DNA of 64,000 nt from Thermodesulfobacteriota bacterium. GTDB lineage: Bacteria; Desulfobacterota; Binatia; Bin18. Position 1 is the stretch's first letter. Every line of letters begins with the position of its first letter. The translations under genes and the position numbers were made by a program. The stretch covers positions 4,768,001-4,832,000 of the forward strand of contig OZ219926.1 of NCBI GenBank assembly GCA_964291405.2, in the 5' to 3' direction. Shown piece by piece: positions 19,571 to 30,557 of this stretch. The notes below the pieces were generated by a model. That model was not told where the DNA came from and searched no databases. It was given only the letters and a program-made list of their open reading frames with translations.

Positions 19571-20626
19571 CTATCCCTCAACCTGCTGTATGACATGGGT
19601 GGCGAAGTCGGTCATCTCTTGCTCTCCGCCGGTTATGCAGACCTGGCTGATGCCCAACTCCTTCATCTTCCGCACCCGTTCCTGAAGTTCCTCGGGGGTG
19701 CCGGTCAGGGTGGTTTCCTTAATCATCTTTTCGGTAACCAGCGGTGCGTGTTCCGGCTTAAACGCGGCACAATAGTCCGTATAGAGGTCCAGATGACGGG
19801 TCTCGATCGGGGCGTCTGGGGTACGATAGGCGTCCTTAAAGGCCATGAGGTCATCGCGTATGTCTCCCGGTAGCTGAAAAGGGTCCTTCACCGACAGGGC
19901 GAAAATATTGCACTCCGAAGAAACCAGCGGGCCGACTGCCTGCTGAAGGTCTTCCAGGGTCTCTTCGGGTTTTCTCAGATGGAAGGCTGTCACCGCAGTG
20001 ATATAGAGGTCTTCCAGACGCTTGCCGGCGCGTTCGGCGCCACGTCGGATGTGGTCCAGGGTATATTTGAGCAGGCTGTCACCCACCGTGCCGAAGAGGA
20101 TCACGCCGTCTCCGATCTCCCCGGCCAACTCCAGCGTCTTGGGGCCGCTGCCGGCCACGTGAATCGGGATGGGGTTCTGCAGATTGATGAACTCGCTGTT
20201 GGGGTTGAGAAACCTGATCTGGCGCTTACGTTCGCCTTCTTGATACGGAACGGTATCGCCTTTCAGCAGGCCGCGACACACCTCCACATTGGCCCGCAGA
20301 ACTGCCAGCCGGGCCGCCGGCATGCCGAGCGTCCGCCGGGCCGTATTGCCCGTCCCGATACCCATGATGACCCGACCCGGAGCGAGCACATTCAGGGTGC
20401 CAAAGCTACAGGCCGTCACCGGAGCAATCCGCGAGCTGGGGTTGGTCACGTTGGTGCCGAGTTTGATCGTCTTGGTATGGGTCGCACACAGCGCCATGCA
20501 CTGGAACACATCGCTCCAGACCATCTGGGAATCGCCGAACCAGGCATGAGTATAGCCCTTGTCCTCGGCAATCATCACGTCTTTATAGGTCTCAACGTGG
20601 GAAAGAAAAATCACTCCGTAGTCCAT
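19571..20626 (-). CDS. LLM-class flavin/F420-dependent oxidoreductase
   Basis: KLGTNVTNP, GRVIMGIGTG and GPKTLELAGEIGDGV. Confidence 0.88.
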   Translation of the reverse strand: MDYGVIFLSHVETYKDVMIAEDKGYTHAWFGDSQMVWSDVFQCMALCATHTKTIKLGTNVTNPSSRIAPVTACSFGTLNVLAPGRVIMGIGTGNTARRTLGMPAARLAVLRANVEVCRGLLKGDTVPYQEGERKRQIRFLNPNSEFINLQNPIPIHVAGSGPKTLELAGEIGDGVILFGTVGDSLLKYTLDHIRRGAERAGKRLEDLYITAVTAFHLRKPEETLEDLQQAVGPLVSSECNIFALSVKDPFQLPGDIRDDLMAFKDAYRTPDAPIETRHLDLYTDYCAAFKPEHAPLVTEKMIKETTLTGTPEELQERVRKMKELGISQVCITGGEQEMTDFATHVIQQVEG

Positions 20627-20689
20627 TCGTACCTCCCTGTTCGTGATCTTGTTTGAGTCGGGCTGTTGATTTTTATACGGTAAGGCTGC

Positions 20690-20947
20690 TCAGGCGCTCC
20701 GCAGTTTCTTTAAGGGTGTATGCATAATGCCAAGCAGCCCATCTATCGATAGGTCCTCATCGAGTAACGGCCAATGAATTCCATACCCCGACGGGGAAAT
20801 CTCAAACATCTGGCGGTCCTTCTCCGGGGCATTGAGGAGGACTTGAGATATCTCATGTATGTTGAACATCCTGGCCCGCCCATCAATGGTGACATGCAAA
20901 ACATCACCCTCAAAATGCACATCTGCTACATCATGGTGTTGCTTCAT
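20690..20947 (-). CDS. DUF2442 family protein (putative antitoxin)
   Basis: GYGIHWPLLDEDLSIDGLL signature. Confidence 0.82.
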   Translation of the reverse strand: MKQHHDVADVHFEGDVLHVTIDGRARMFNIHEISQVLLNAPEKDRQMFEISPSGYGIHWPLLDEDLSIDGLLGIMHTPLKKLRSA

Positions 20948-21201
20948 GGTTGACGGCTCCGTTGAAACTCTTCCCAGCGCTGTTCAATGTATTCGAAATG
21001 GTCAAAGATGATCTTCTTGATATCTCGGCGGTCCCGGGGAGAAAGATTATAGGCATAGACTTCTTCCAGATCAAAGCGCTCACGGTCGAGCCAATATTTA
21101 CATTCTCTCTCCCCTTTCCGGCAATGGATATGGATCGGTTCATTCCCCTCATTCGCGTAGAAGAAGAGACGCCACCCTGCCATCATCAAGACTGTCGGCA
21201 T
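20944..21201 (-). CDS. DUF4160 family protein (putative toxin)
   Basis: MPTV...FFYANE..EPIHIH; coupled to DUF2442. Confidence 0.82.
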   Translation of the reverse strand: MPTVLMMAGWRLFFYANEGNEPIHIHCRKGERECKYWLDRERFDLEEVYAYNLSPRDRRDIKKIIFDHFEYIEQRWEEFQRSRQP

Positions 21202-21229
21202 TGGGATTTATCCTTTAAGCCCTCTTTTC

Positions 21230-22222
21230 TTACAGAACCTTCAGCAACTCATCTCGTTCACTGTAAGCGAAGGTGGTGGGTTTGCCGTTCCGCCGAGCCC
21301 GGATACCGGCCTCTGGCGTAACGGTCCCAATGACCTGGGCGGGGATGTTTTCTGACTGAAAAATCCGTTTGAGACTTGGCCACTGATCCGCAGCAATGGT
21401 CAGGAGCAGGGTGCCGGAACTGATCAATCCGAGTGGATTGATATTGAAGTGTTCACCTATGGCGCGGGTGGAGGGGAGGGTGGGAATGACGTCGAGGTCA
21501 ATCTGCATGCCGAGGCCGCCGACAACGGTCAGCTCGTACAACCCCATGGCCACGCCACCCTCTGTCGGGTCGTGCATGGCTGTCGCGCCGTGTTGGGCAG
21601 CTAACAGGGCTTCTTTGACAATAGAGATTCCCCATGTCGTGCGGATATTCTGCGCCTCGTCCTGAAGCTCGGATGCAAGGATATTCTCCAGTTCTTTGCG
21701 CTTCTCGGCAAACACGATGCTGGTCCCCTCAAGACCGGCCGTCTTGGTCATCACGACCAAGTCTCCGGCTCGGACTCCCTGGGTGGTCACTAATCGGTCC
21801 TTGGCGACTACACCTGTCATATTGCCGACAACGACCGGCTGAGACACGGCTGTGGTCACTTCAGTGTGTCCACCGGTAACGCTAACACCTAACTCCCGAC
21901 ACGTGGAGTCAATCTGGGCAAAGACCTGTCTGACACTGTGCTCTGAGGTATCGGGTGGAAACAGGAGACAGGCTTGAAACCAGGCCGGCTTTGCGCCCAT
22001 GGTCGCGACGTCATTGGCATTGATATGTACGGCGTACCAGCCCACGTCGTCGGCCGTGAATGTGACCGGGTCGGTTTTGACCACGAGATACTGCTCACCC
22101 ATATCGAGAACGGCGCAGTCTTCACCAAATCGCGGGCCGATGAGGACCCGCGGGTCTTCCGTCCCGGCGTGCGTGATACAGGTTTTAAGAAAATCGGTCG
22201 GGAGTTTGCCTGGGAGAAGCAT
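21230..22222 (-). CDS. AIR synthase-related (HypE/ThiL/PurM-like) protein
   Basis: GKLP, GEDCAV, KTDPVT, NANDVA, GGHTE and HDPTEGG. Confidence 0.85.
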   Translation of the reverse strand: MLLPGKLPTDFLKTCITHAGTEDPRVLIGPRFGEDCAVLDMGEQYLVVKTDPVTFTADDVGWYAVHINANDVATMGAKPAWFQACLLFPPDTSEHSVRQVFAQIDSTCRELGVSVTGGHTEVTTAVSQPVVVGNMTGVVAKDRLVTTQGVRAGDLVVMTKTAGLEGTSIVFAEKRKELENILASELQDEAQNIRTTWGISIVKEALLAAQHGATAMHDPTEGGVAMGLYELTVVGGLGMQIDLDVIPTLPSTRAIGEHFNINPLGLISSGTLLLTIAADQWPSLKRIFQSENIPAQVIGTVTPEAGIRARRNGKPTTFAYSERDELLKVL

Positions 22223-22252
22223 ATACGCTCACCCCGCGTGTCGGGCGACGCC

Positions 22253-23656
22253 TCACTCCGCCGTGGTCGCGGCAGGATTCGGTTCTTTGGTTGCCGCTTG
22301 TTCCGTGTCCCCACCGGACGCATCGGCGTTGGTCTTGGCCTGCTCCAGGCCGGCCTTTTCCAGGTCGGCAACAACGACCTGGAGGAATTGATCCGGGTAG
22401 AGGTGTTGCTTTGCCGCCGCTCTCACCTGCTCAAGGGTCACCGAGCCAATAATGTCCGGGTAGCGATCCGGGTAATCGAGTCCCAGCCCATAGAATTCGA
22501 GGACTGGGAGCATCCTGGCGACGTCCGAGTTGGAAATGAGCCGGAGCGGAAAACTGTTCGTGAGATAGGCTTTTGCCGCTGCGACTTCTTCTTCGGTTGC
22601 CCCTTCTTGCCTGAAGTGCCGAATGACGGCCAGGGTTTCAGCAATGGCTTGCTGGGCGCTTTCATTCTTGGTTTGTAAGGCAACCGTAAAAGGGCCTGGA
22701 TGCTTACGAGCTGAGAAATAGCTGCCGACGGAGTAGGCATAGCCTTGCTCTTCTCGAATGCGGTCCATGAGCCGCGAGCCAAATCCCCCGCCCCCAAGAA
22801 TGTGATTCATAATCAGAACGGCGTAATAATCGGGGTGCGATCGGGCGATGCCCGAGTGGCCGATCATGATGTTGGCCTGGGTGACCTCTTTATTCAGGTT
22901 TACCTGTCGTGCCTCTCGCTCGGGTAGGTCCGGCCACGAGAAATCAGGCAGGTCTGCCGCTTTCCAGGCGGCAAAATGAGAAGCGAGGAGGGAGCCGACC
23001 TGGCCCTGGGTGATTTCTCCGGCAACGGCGATAATAGCGTTATTCGGACGATAGTAAGTGGCGTGAAACTGTCTGATGTCATCAGGCGTAATACGCGCCA
23101 GCGTCTCCGCCTGGCCTGAAATCAGCCGTCCGTAGGGATGCTGAGGATAGAGGTGCTCTCTAAAGGCTTTGCCGGCAACCCAGCCAGGGTCTTCTTCGTT
23201 GCTGTGCAGACGACCCTCGATCTCCTTGCGGATGCGCTCGAATTCGTCCTGCGGAAAGCTTGGGAACAGGACGACTTCGGCCAGAAGGGCGAAGGAGCGG
23301 TCCAGGTTCTTGGTCAAGGTCGTCAGGCTGATGGTCGTGGCATCGTTGCCTGCGTCGACCGATAACGACGTCCCTAGGAAGTCGAGCTCTTCGGCCAGAG
23401 CTTGGGCGGAATAGCTCTTGGTCCCGCGCGTGAGTAATGCGGCGGTGAGATTTGCCACCCCCTGTTTGTCCTGCGGGTCAACAGCAGCGCCTGTTTTGAG
23501 GACCATGCTCAGCACGACCATGGGTAGGCCGGGGCGCTCGGCAACCAGCAGTGTTGCGTCGTTATCGAGGACGGTCCGTGTTCCCAGCGGTGCGGCTGAC
23601 AGAGACGAAGCAAGACCGAGGCTGAGCATAAGGCCGATAAGAAGGCGTCGTGTCAT
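22253..23656 (-). CDS. M16 family peptidase, non-catalytic subunit
   Basis: M16 fold (GVANLTAALLTRGT, LGGGGFGSRL..IREE) lacking HxxEH; signal peptide. Confidence 0.88.
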   Translation of the reverse strand: MTRRLLIGLMLSLGLASSLSAAPLGTRTVLDNDATLLVAERPGLPMVVLSMVLKTGAAVDPQDKQGVANLTAALLTRGTKSYSAQALAEELDFLGTSLSVDAGNDATTISLTTLTKNLDRSFALLAEVVLFPSFPQDEFERIRKEIEGRLHSNEEDPGWVAGKAFREHLYPQHPYGRLISGQAETLARITPDDIRQFHATYYRPNNAIIAVAGEITQGQVGSLLASHFAAWKAADLPDFSWPDLPEREARQVNLNKEVTQANIMIGHSGIARSHPDYYAVLIMNHILGGGGFGSRLMDRIREEQGYAYSVGSYFSARKHPGPFTVALQTKNESAQQAIAETLAVIRHFRQEGATEEEVAAAKAYLTNSFPLRLISNSDVARMLPVLEFYGLGLDYPDRYPDIIGSVTLEQVRAAAKQHLYPDQFLQVVVADLEKAGLEQAKTNADASGGDTEQAATKEPNPAATTAE

Positions 23657-23709
23657 AGCGTACTTCCTTCAAGCGATGGGACGGATCGGAGTGAACAGGA
23701 ACGGATTGG

Positions 23710-25176
23710 TCAATGTGCCCCCCGGTGTCCTGGTCCTCCCTGGGGGGATTCCCGAAGGGGCGTGCCGTCAGGTTCCAGGATGCCGACGGTCCGGTTCGTA
23801 TCGATCAAATACTTTTGGGTCACCTGTTGGACCTGTTCCGCAGTGACGGCCCTGAGGCCAGGAATGACTTTGAGGATGAGGCTCCAGTCGCCAAGCGCGG
23901 CGTACTGCCCGAGTTGCAGAGCTCGATAAAAGAACGAGTCCTGGGCATAGGTAAAACTCGATTCAATCAGATTCTTGGCCCGCTCCAGCTCCTTTTCCGT
24001 CACCAGGGTGGTCTTGAGCCGAGCGATCTCTGCGGACAATGCCTGTTCCGCGGCCTGCCAGGTTTTCCCCGGAGCGATCCTCATGGACAAGGTAAAGAGG
24101 GTGGGATCGATTGACGTCCGATCATAACCGGCGTTCGCGCTCAGAACCAACTGCTGCTCTTCAACCAGCGAGCGTTGCAAACGGGCGCTCCGACCACCGC
24201 CCAGAATCGTTGCTGCGATTGAGAGGGCGAAACTCTCGTCGTGCTCGAAGGTCGGAACGTGGTAGCCGGCAATATACAGCGGTAGCGAGGCCGGACGTTT
24301 GAGAAAAACGCGCCGTTCGCCCCGCTGTGGCGGTTCCACTGAGGTGACCTTGGGAATTGTCGCTCCGGCCGGAACCTGGCCAAACGTCTTGTGGATGCGT
24401 GGCAGGAGGCTCTCCGGAGTCACATCCCCCGCGATCACCAGGATGGCATTGCCGGGAGCGTAATAGGTCTGACGATAGGCTTTGACATCTGCAAGGGTGA
24501 CCGCCTCCAGGTCGTGCATCCAGCCGACCACGGGCCACCCATAGGGATGAGCCGTAAACGCGGCGGCACTGACCTGCTCCCACAGATCGGAACTCGGCTC
24601 ATCCGCGGTCCGCAGCCGGCGTTCTTCCATGACAATTTTCTGCTCCGACAGAAAGCCCTCCTCATCCAGCATGACATGGGCCATACGGTCGGATTCGAGT
24701 TCAAGAAAAAGGTCGAGATGCTGCACGGCTGCGCTTTCAAAATAGACGGTCTGGTCAGCAGAGGTGAAGGCGTTGTGCCGTCCTCCCCGTTCCTGAATCA
24801 AACGGGAAAATTCTCCCTTGCCGTAGGTCGGTGTTCCCCTGAACATGAGGTGCTCAAGCAGATGAGAAATGCCCGTAATACCCGGCCGCTCATTGCGCGA
24901 GCCGACCTTGTACCAGACCTGAAGGGTGGCGACAGGCGCACGATGGTCTTCCAAGATGATGACGGTCAGCCCGTTGTCGAGAACGTGTTGTGTCACCTGC
25001 CAGCCGTTCGTGTCGATGGGTTGGCTATGGCCGGACTGAAAGCCAAGCAGGAAGATGAATGCGCAAACGAGCGCGGAAAAGAATCTCAGCAGTTGCCGCC
25101 GTGTAATCATAGCGGTCATAGTTGCGAACGCCAGACCTGTTTGCAAGGGGAGGGCGGCCCGGAAGGAGAGGGTCAC
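23710..25176 (-). CDS. M16 family zinc peptidase, catalytic subunit
   Basis: HLLEH motif, NAFTS and EERR. Confidence 0.9.
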   Translation of the reverse strand: MTLSFRAALPLQTGLAFATMTAMITRRQLLRFFSALVCAFIFLLGFQSGHSQPIDTNGWQVTQHVLDNGLTVIILEDHRAPVATLQVWYKVGSRNERPGITGISHLLEHLMFRGTPTYGKGEFSRLIQERGGRHNAFTSADQTVYFESAAVQHLDLFLELESDRMAHVMLDEEGFLSEQKIVMEERRLRTADEPSSDLWEQVSAAAFTAHPYGWPVVGWMHDLEAVTLADVKAYRQTYYAPGNAILVIAGDVTPESLLPRIHKTFGQVPAGATIPKVTSVEPPQRGERRVFLKRPASLPLYIAGYHVPTFEHDESFALSIAATILGGGRSARLQRSLVEEQQLVLSANAGYDRTSIDPTLFTLSMRIAPGKTWQAAEQALSAEIARLKTTLVTEKELERAKNLIESSFTYAQDSFFYRALQLGQYAALGDWSLILKVIPGLRAVTAEQVQQVTQKYLIDTNRTVGILEPDGTPLRESPQGGPGHRGAH

Positions 25177-25221
25177 AGGCTTAGGATACGAGTCGAGCCT
25201 TGAGAAGAAAGGGCGGGCAGA

Positions 25222-25746
25222 TTAGTACACCCATTCTCCTTTGGTGTAGCGAAATATCTCGGAAACCTGGCTGGTCTCGGCATGCTCAAATAAGCCGTTG
25301 GTCGCCTGTTTTTCTGTTTTACCTACACTGCGCATGGTCTTTTTGTAATATGTGAGGATGCCGATAAAAGGAATCGCCTTCGATTGGGTCTGCTTGATCT
25401 TTGTGTAGCGATAAGGAAGATAGCCGGTATATTCGGCGACGAATCCCTCCTGTGTTTGTCTGATCTGCATCCCCTTTTTCAGGAAGTCTTCAGTTCTTGC
25501 CAGCTTCTGCATCCATTTGCGGGTAAAAACATCAAAGCTCGCCCGCGCCCAGTCTTCCGCCTCTTCCCCGGCTGAAGGGGCGGGGTTGGAGGGCGTCTGG
25601 TTTTGGTCGGGTTGGGTCGCTTCTGTATGAGGCGACGGAGCGCTTTGCTGAGGGGACGTCTCCCCAGCCGTCGCTAAGCAGAAGGAAAAAAACACAAGCA
25701 GCCCAGCAGTACAAATACGGAAAAGAGATTTAAGTGGCAGCATCAT
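25222..25746 (-). CDS. Hypothetical secreted protein
   Basis: ORF with a signal-peptide-like N-terminus and C-terminal EIFRY..GEWVY. Start placed downstream of the ompA terminator. Confidence 0.55.
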   Translation of the reverse strand: MMLPLKSLFRICTAGLLVFFSFCLATAGETSPQQSAPSPHTEATQPDQNQTPSNPAPSAGEEAEDWARASFDVFTRKWMQKLARTEDFLKKGMQIRQTQEGFVAEYTGYLPYRYTKIKQTQSKAIPFIGILTYYKKTMRSVGKTEKQATNGLFEHAETSQVSEIFRYTKGEWVY

Positions 25747-25758
25747 AGATGGGACGTG

Positions 25759-25798
25759 AAAAGGGCGGGGCTGGTTTCTCGAACCAAGCGCCCGCCCT
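25759..25798 (-). terminator. Intrinsic terminator downstream of the OmpA gene
   Basis: agggcggg...cccgccct stem followed by a T-run on the minus strand. Confidence 0.65.
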
Positions 25799-25857
25799 GT
25801 TAATGCTGAGTATGGCTGAGACACGCCTGCGTGTCTCAGCCTTTTCAGAGCGACGTA

Positions 25858-26550
25858 TCATTCACCGGCAGTTTGAACGATCAGTTCAGTCCGTCGGTTC
25901 ATTTTCCGGCCGTCCGGATTATCCGTCCCGTCGTCGTTCGTATTAGGGGCGACCGGGTCGTCTTCTCCACGCCCGACGGCTTCGAGACGATCCGCGTCTA
26001 TACCCTTATCGACCAAATATGCCCTGACTGCTGCGGCACGCTCTTCTGACAAGCTCTGGTTATAGGACTCGGAGCCTATCGAGTCAGTGTGCCCCTCGAT
26101 AAGGACTGTGCGATCTGGATTATCCTGAAGAATCTGGACCGCTTCATCAAGGACCGGCTCGAATTCAGACTTCACATCCGACTTGTCAAAATCGAAATTA
26201 ATCCCGCGCAGGATGATCTCCTTGGGTTCCGGTGGCGGTGGCGGCGGTGGTGGTGGCGGTGGTGGCGGTGGCGGTGGTGGCGGTGGTGGCGGTGGTGGCG
26301 GTGGTGGCGGTGGATCGTCCGCCGAATAATAGCCTAAGACCGCACCGACCAGTGCCCCGATTCCGGCCCCGGCTCCGACCGCCGCATCAGTATCGGTGTC
26401 ACTTACTCCGCTCCCGGCCGCGGCTCCAACAGCGGCACCGAGTGTAGCGCCATAGAATGCACGTTTCTGTCTTTCCGTTGCGCAGCCCGCAACCAGAAAG
26501 AGGAGGGCCATAACCCAGACAAAATGAAAGCCTCTACCTCCTCGAATCAT
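25858..26550 (-). CDS. OmpA-family peptidoglycan-binding lipoprotein with glycine zipper and poly-Pro linker
   Basis: Lipobox LVAGC, INFDFDKS, EGHTD, N..LS..RA and NRR. Confidence 0.92.
   Translation of the reverse strand: MIRGGRGFHFVWVMALLFLVAGCATERQKRAFYGATLGAAVGAAAGSGVSDTDTDAAVGAGAGIGALVGAVLGYYSADDPPPPPPPPPPPPPPPPPPPPPPPPPPPPEPKEIILRGINFDFDKSDVKSEFEPVLDEAVQILQDNPDRTVLIEGHTDSIGSESYNQSLSEERAAAVRAYLVDKGIDADRLEAVGRGEDDPVAPNTNDDGTDNPDGRKMNRRTELIVQTAGE
26230..26313 (-). repeat. CCA/CCG run encoding 28 consecutive prolines
   Basis: 84 nt of tgg/cgg triplets on the + strand. Confidence 0.93.
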
Positions 26551-26691
26551 CTCCTAATCTCCTTTCTGTCCTGTCTGACTGTCCGAAAAAGGACTCCTCC
26601 GACCGGAAATACTTTGCAAACCTCTAACAGAAAACATAGACCCCGACAAGATCAAAACTAAGGTGCCGGAAATGCCAGGCCGCTCAGTGGC

Positions 26692-27879
26692 TTACGACCG
26701 TAGTGTGGCAAGACCGGGCAGGTCTCCCGATTCGAGAAAGGCTAAGGAAGCCCCGCCTCCGGTTGATATATGACTGATCCGGTCGGCAAGACCTGCCTGG
26801 CTCAAGGCGGCAACCGTATCCCCGCCCCCAGCAACACTAAAACAGGAGGAGAGGGAGGCGACCGCTTCCGCCATAGATCGGGTCCCCCGGTCGTATGGCG
26901 ACATTTCAAAAACACCCATTGGGCCGTTCCAGAGAATAGTCCTGGCAGACTGCACAACGGTCTGAAACGCGACAATACTGCGCGGTCCGATGTCTACTCC
27001 GAGCTGAGTATCGGGAATATCGGCGCCTGCCGTAGCGGTCGAAGCGGCTCCTGCCGTAAGCTCTGCCGTTACAATATGGTCTTGGGGCAGGTGAATGGTG
27101 ACGGCCTGCTTTTGAGCCTCTTGCAGCAGGCTTTTCGCTTCGTCAAATTTCTCCGGTTCGACCAATGAACGGCCTGTTCTCAACCCTTGCGCCCGCAAGA
27201 GGGTATAGGCCATGGCCCCCCCGATGATGATAGCGTCTGCGCGGGGCAGCAGGCTGTGTATCAGTCCGATTTTGTCTGACACTTTCGCTCCGCCGAGGAT
27301 GGCCACAAAAGGGCGGTCCGGCGCGGACAACAGGGATGATAGCGCCTCGACCTCTCTGCGCACGAGAAACCCGATCCCTTTGTCCTCGAAGTGTTGCACA
27401 ACGCCCACAACCGAGGCATGAGAGCGGTGGGATGAGCCAAACGCATCATTCACGTAGACGTCGGCCAAGTCGGCAAGGGCGCGACTGAACACCGGGTCAT
27501 TGGCTTCTTCCTCGGAGTGGAAACGCAGATTCTCAAGTACGACAACCGCCCCGGCCGGAAGCTGGTCGATCTGCCGCTCAACCATCGGTCCAACACAATC
27601 CGGAGCGAGGCTCACCGGACGACCCAGCAGTTCCTGGAGCAGTGCTGCCACCGGTTTGAGACTGAGCGCCGGCTTGACTGTTCCCCGAGGACGCCCGAGG
27701 TGAGACGCGAGCAGGATGGTCGCACCCTGGGCGAGGGCGTGCTGTATGGTGGGTAGCGCTTCCCGGATTCGCGTTGCGTCGCCCACTTTTTGCTCCGGCG
27801 TCAGTGGCACGTTAAAGTCAACGCGGATCAGAACGCGCTTATGTGCCAGAGGGAGCTGATCAACTGTTTTGAGTTCCAT
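26692..27879 (-). CDS. pgk: Phosphoglycerate kinase
   Basis: RVDFNVP, SHLGRP, LENLRF, GGAKVSDK and STGGGAS. Confidence 0.97.
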   Translation of the reverse strand: MELKTVDQLPLAHKRVLIRVDFNVPLTPEQKVGDATRIREALPTIQHALAQGATILLASHLGRPRGTVKPALSLKPVAALLQELLGRPVSLAPDCVGPMVERQIDQLPAGAVVVLENLRFHSEEEANDPVFSRALADLADVYVNDAFGSSHRSHASVVGVVQHFEDKGIGFLVRREVEALSSLLSAPDRPFVAILGGAKVSDKIGLIHSLLPRADAIIIGGAMAYTLLRAQGLRTGRSLVEPEKFDEAKSLLQEAQKQAVTIHLPQDHIVTAELTAGAASTATAGADIPDTQLGVDIGPRSIVAFQTVVQSARTILWNGPMGVFEMSPYDRGTRSMAEAVASLSSCFSVAGGGDTVAALSQAGLADRISHISTGGGASLAFLESGDLPGLATLRS

Positions 27880-27905
27880 GCGCTGATCGTGAGACCCAGC
27901 GACCC

Positions 27906-30350
27906 TTACGAGGGCGGGACCTCGGTCTGAAATCCCGCCTGGGCGGCGGTGACGTCAACCGTGGTGGCTTCCAGCGCATGCTCAAGCACCTCGTCGATAG
28001 CCTCAACAAAGCGAAACTGCATTTCCTCTCGCACCTTGGGCGGGACATCTTCCAGGTCTTTTTCGTTGCGTTGGGGCAGGATGACGGTCGTGACGCCGGC
28101 TCGCCGAGCAGCCAAGACTTTCTCCTTGACACCGCCGATAGGCATCACTTTCCCCCGCAGGGTAATTTCACCTGTCATGGCCACGTCCTGACGGACTTTG
28201 CGCCCGGTCAGCAGGGAGGCCAGAGCCGTCACCATGGTAATCCCCGCAGAGGGCCCATCTTTGGGAATGGCTCCGGAGGGGACGTGGATGTGGATGTCGC
28301 AATTGTCATAAAAGTCGGCAGGAATGTGCAACTGGTCGGCTTGGGAGCGGACATAGGACAGGGCGGTTTGGGCCGACTCTTTCATCACGTCGCCGAGGTG
28401 GCCGGTCAGGGTCAGGCCCTTTTTCCCAACCATGCGAGTCGCCTCAATGAAGAGGATATCGCCTCCATTCGGAGTCCAGGCCAGTCCGATAGCGACGCCA
28501 GGTCTTTGGGTGCGCTCGGCCACTTCCGGGAAGAATTTAATCGGCCCCAGCATATCCGAGACTTTCTCCTGGGTCACTGTGATTTTTTCTGTGTTCCCTT
28601 CGGTGACGCCTCGGGCGACCTTGCGACACACGGCCCCAATCTCGCGCTCCAAGTTCCGAACGCCCGCCTCATGGGTATACCCGCCGGCAATACTCAGCAC
28701 CGCCTCATCCGTAAATTCGACCTGCTCGTCGGTGAGGCCATGCTCGACGACCTGTTTGGGCATAATATGGCGCTTGGCAATTTCGAGCTTTTCCTCTTCC
28801 GTATAGCCGGCCAGTTCAATGACCTCCATCCGATCCTTGAGCGCCGGCGGAACCGGCTCCAGGTAGTTGGCGGTGGTAATAAACATGACCTTGGACAGAT
28901 CAAATGGGACTTCCAGATAGTGGTCGGAGAACGAGAAGTTCTGTTCGGGGTCCAGAACTTCCAGCAGAGCCGAGGCCGGGTCGCCACGAAAATCCATGCC
29001 CAGCTTATCAATCTCGTCCAACATGAACAGCGGGTTGTTTGACCCGGCGGAGCGCAGGGACTGAACGATGCGACCCGGCAGCGAGCCGATATACGTCCGG
29101 CGATGACCGCGGATTTCCGCTTCGTCTCTGACACCGCCCAGGGAGAGGCGGATAAACTTGCGGCCCATGGCCCGTGCAATAGAGCGTCCCAGCGATGTTT
29201 TGCCGACCCCCGGAGGACCAACGAAACAGAGAATGGGTCCCTTTGAGTCCTGCTTGAGCTTGCGAACGGCCAAATACTCGAGGATACGGTCCTTAATTTT
29301 CTCCAGGTCGTAATGGTCTTCGTCCAGGACCTGGCGGGCATGCGGAATATCCAGATTATCCTCTGTCGTGACTGCCCAGGGGAGGTGGATGAGCCATTCG
29401 AGGTAGGTCCGCACCATCGAGTGTTCTGCCGACTCGGGTGGAATAATTTTCAGACGCTCGAACTCATTATTGGCCGCCTTGAGCGCCTCCTCGGGCATCT
29501 TGGCGTCGTCTATTTTCTGGCGCAGGTCATCCAGCTCATTGGAACGGGAGTCTCCTTCTCCCAGTTCTTTTTGAATCGCCCGCATCTGCTGGCGTAAATA
29601 GAATTCCTTCTGATTTTTGTTGAGCTCGTTCTGGACCTGGGACTGGATTTTATTCCCCAGCTCAACCAGTTCGACTTCCCGATTCAGAATGGCGGACAGC
29701 TTTTCCAGTCGGGTCCGGATGCTCAAGGTATTCAACAGGTCTTGCTTTTCATCAACCGAGATATTCAGGTTCGAGCCGATCAGGTCCGTCACCTTGCCGG
29801 GGTCTTTGATATTCATGACCACACCCTGGAGTTCATCCGGCAGGTAGGGAACCATGGAGACGAACTTGGCAAACTGACTGACGAGGTGGGCTTGACGCGC
29901 GTCCACATCCCGGGAGGCTTCCGTTTCGCTCTCCAGTGGCGTGATCTGCGCCCGATAATAGGGCTCGATTTGCCCGTATTCCCGAATATCGATCCGCTTC
30001 AGCCCCTGGACCAGAATACGGACGCTGTCATCCGGGTATTTCAGCATTTTCAGGATACGACCGGCACTCCCCCGTGAAAAAAGAGCCTGCGGCTCCGGAG
30101 CTTCATCTTCTGGATTTTTCTGGGCGGCTAAGCCTAAGAGATTATTGCTTTTTCGGCAGTCTTCAACCAGCTTGAGTGAGGACGCGCGCGAAATGAGGAG
30201 CGGGACGATAGCGGAAGGAAAGATGACAACGCCCCGCAAAGGCAGGATCGGGAGTTCTTGAGGAAGCTCGACATCACTCAGGTCTTCTTCAAACCCCACA
30301 ACACTCTGTTCAGTGGTTTCTTCCCCTGCACCGACCTTGCTGTCTGCCAT
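27906..30350 (-). CDS. lon: ATP-dependent Lon protease
   Basis: [23 protein letters not shown] and IGGVKEK. Confidence 0.97.
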   Translation of the reverse strand: MADSKVGAGEETTEQSVVGFEEDLSDVELPQELPILPLRGVVIFPSAIVPLLISRASSLKLVEDCRKSNNLLGLAAQKNPEDEAPEPQALFSRGSAGRILKMLKYPDDSVRILVQGLKRIDIREYGQIEPYYRAQITPLESETEASRDVDARQAHLVSQFAKFVSMVPYLPDELQGVVMNIKDPGKVTDLIGSNLNISVDEKQDLLNTLSIRTRLEKLSAILNREVELVELGNKIQSQVQNELNKNQKEFYLRQQMRAIQKELGEGDSRSNELDDLRQKIDDAKMPEEALKAANNEFERLKIIPPESAEHSMVRTYLEWLIHLPWAVTTEDNLDIPHARQVLDEDHYDLEKIKDRILEYLAVRKLKQDSKGPILCFVGPPGVGKTSLGRSIARAMGRKFIRLSLGGVRDEAEIRGHRRTYIGSLPGRIVQSLRSAGSNNPLFMLDEIDKLGMDFRGDPASALLEVLDPEQNFSFSDHYLEVPFDLSKVMFITTANYLEPVPPALKDRMEVIELAGYTEEEKLEIAKRHIMPKQVVEHGLTDEQVEFTDEAVLSIAGGYTHEAGVRNLEREIGAVCRKVARGVTEGNTEKITVTQEKVSDMLGPIKFFPEVAERTQRPGVAIGLAWTPNGGDILFIEATRMVGKKGLTLTGHLGDVMKESAQTALSYVRSQADQLHIPADFYDNCDIHIHVPSGAIPKDGPSAGITMVTALASLLTGRKVRQDVAMTGEITLRGKVMPIGGVKEKVLAARRAGVTTVILPQRNEKDLEDVPPKVREEMQFRFVEAIDEVLEHALEATTVDVTAAQAGFQTEVPPS

Positions 30351-30557
30351 AGGTCTCCTCCCGTAGTGTTTCTACTACTCTACTCTGCTAGGACTGTTCA
30401 AAACCATAATACATGGTCTCTGCTTGCACAAGTGGGAAACTCCGGTTACAAACTTCGGCACTCTGAGGACGAAGACGTTGAGCAAAACCCCCCTTTACCT
30501 TGTTGGGACTCGGCTGTGGGGGCTGAAAGACGCTCAGTGTACCCGTAAAGGACTGGT

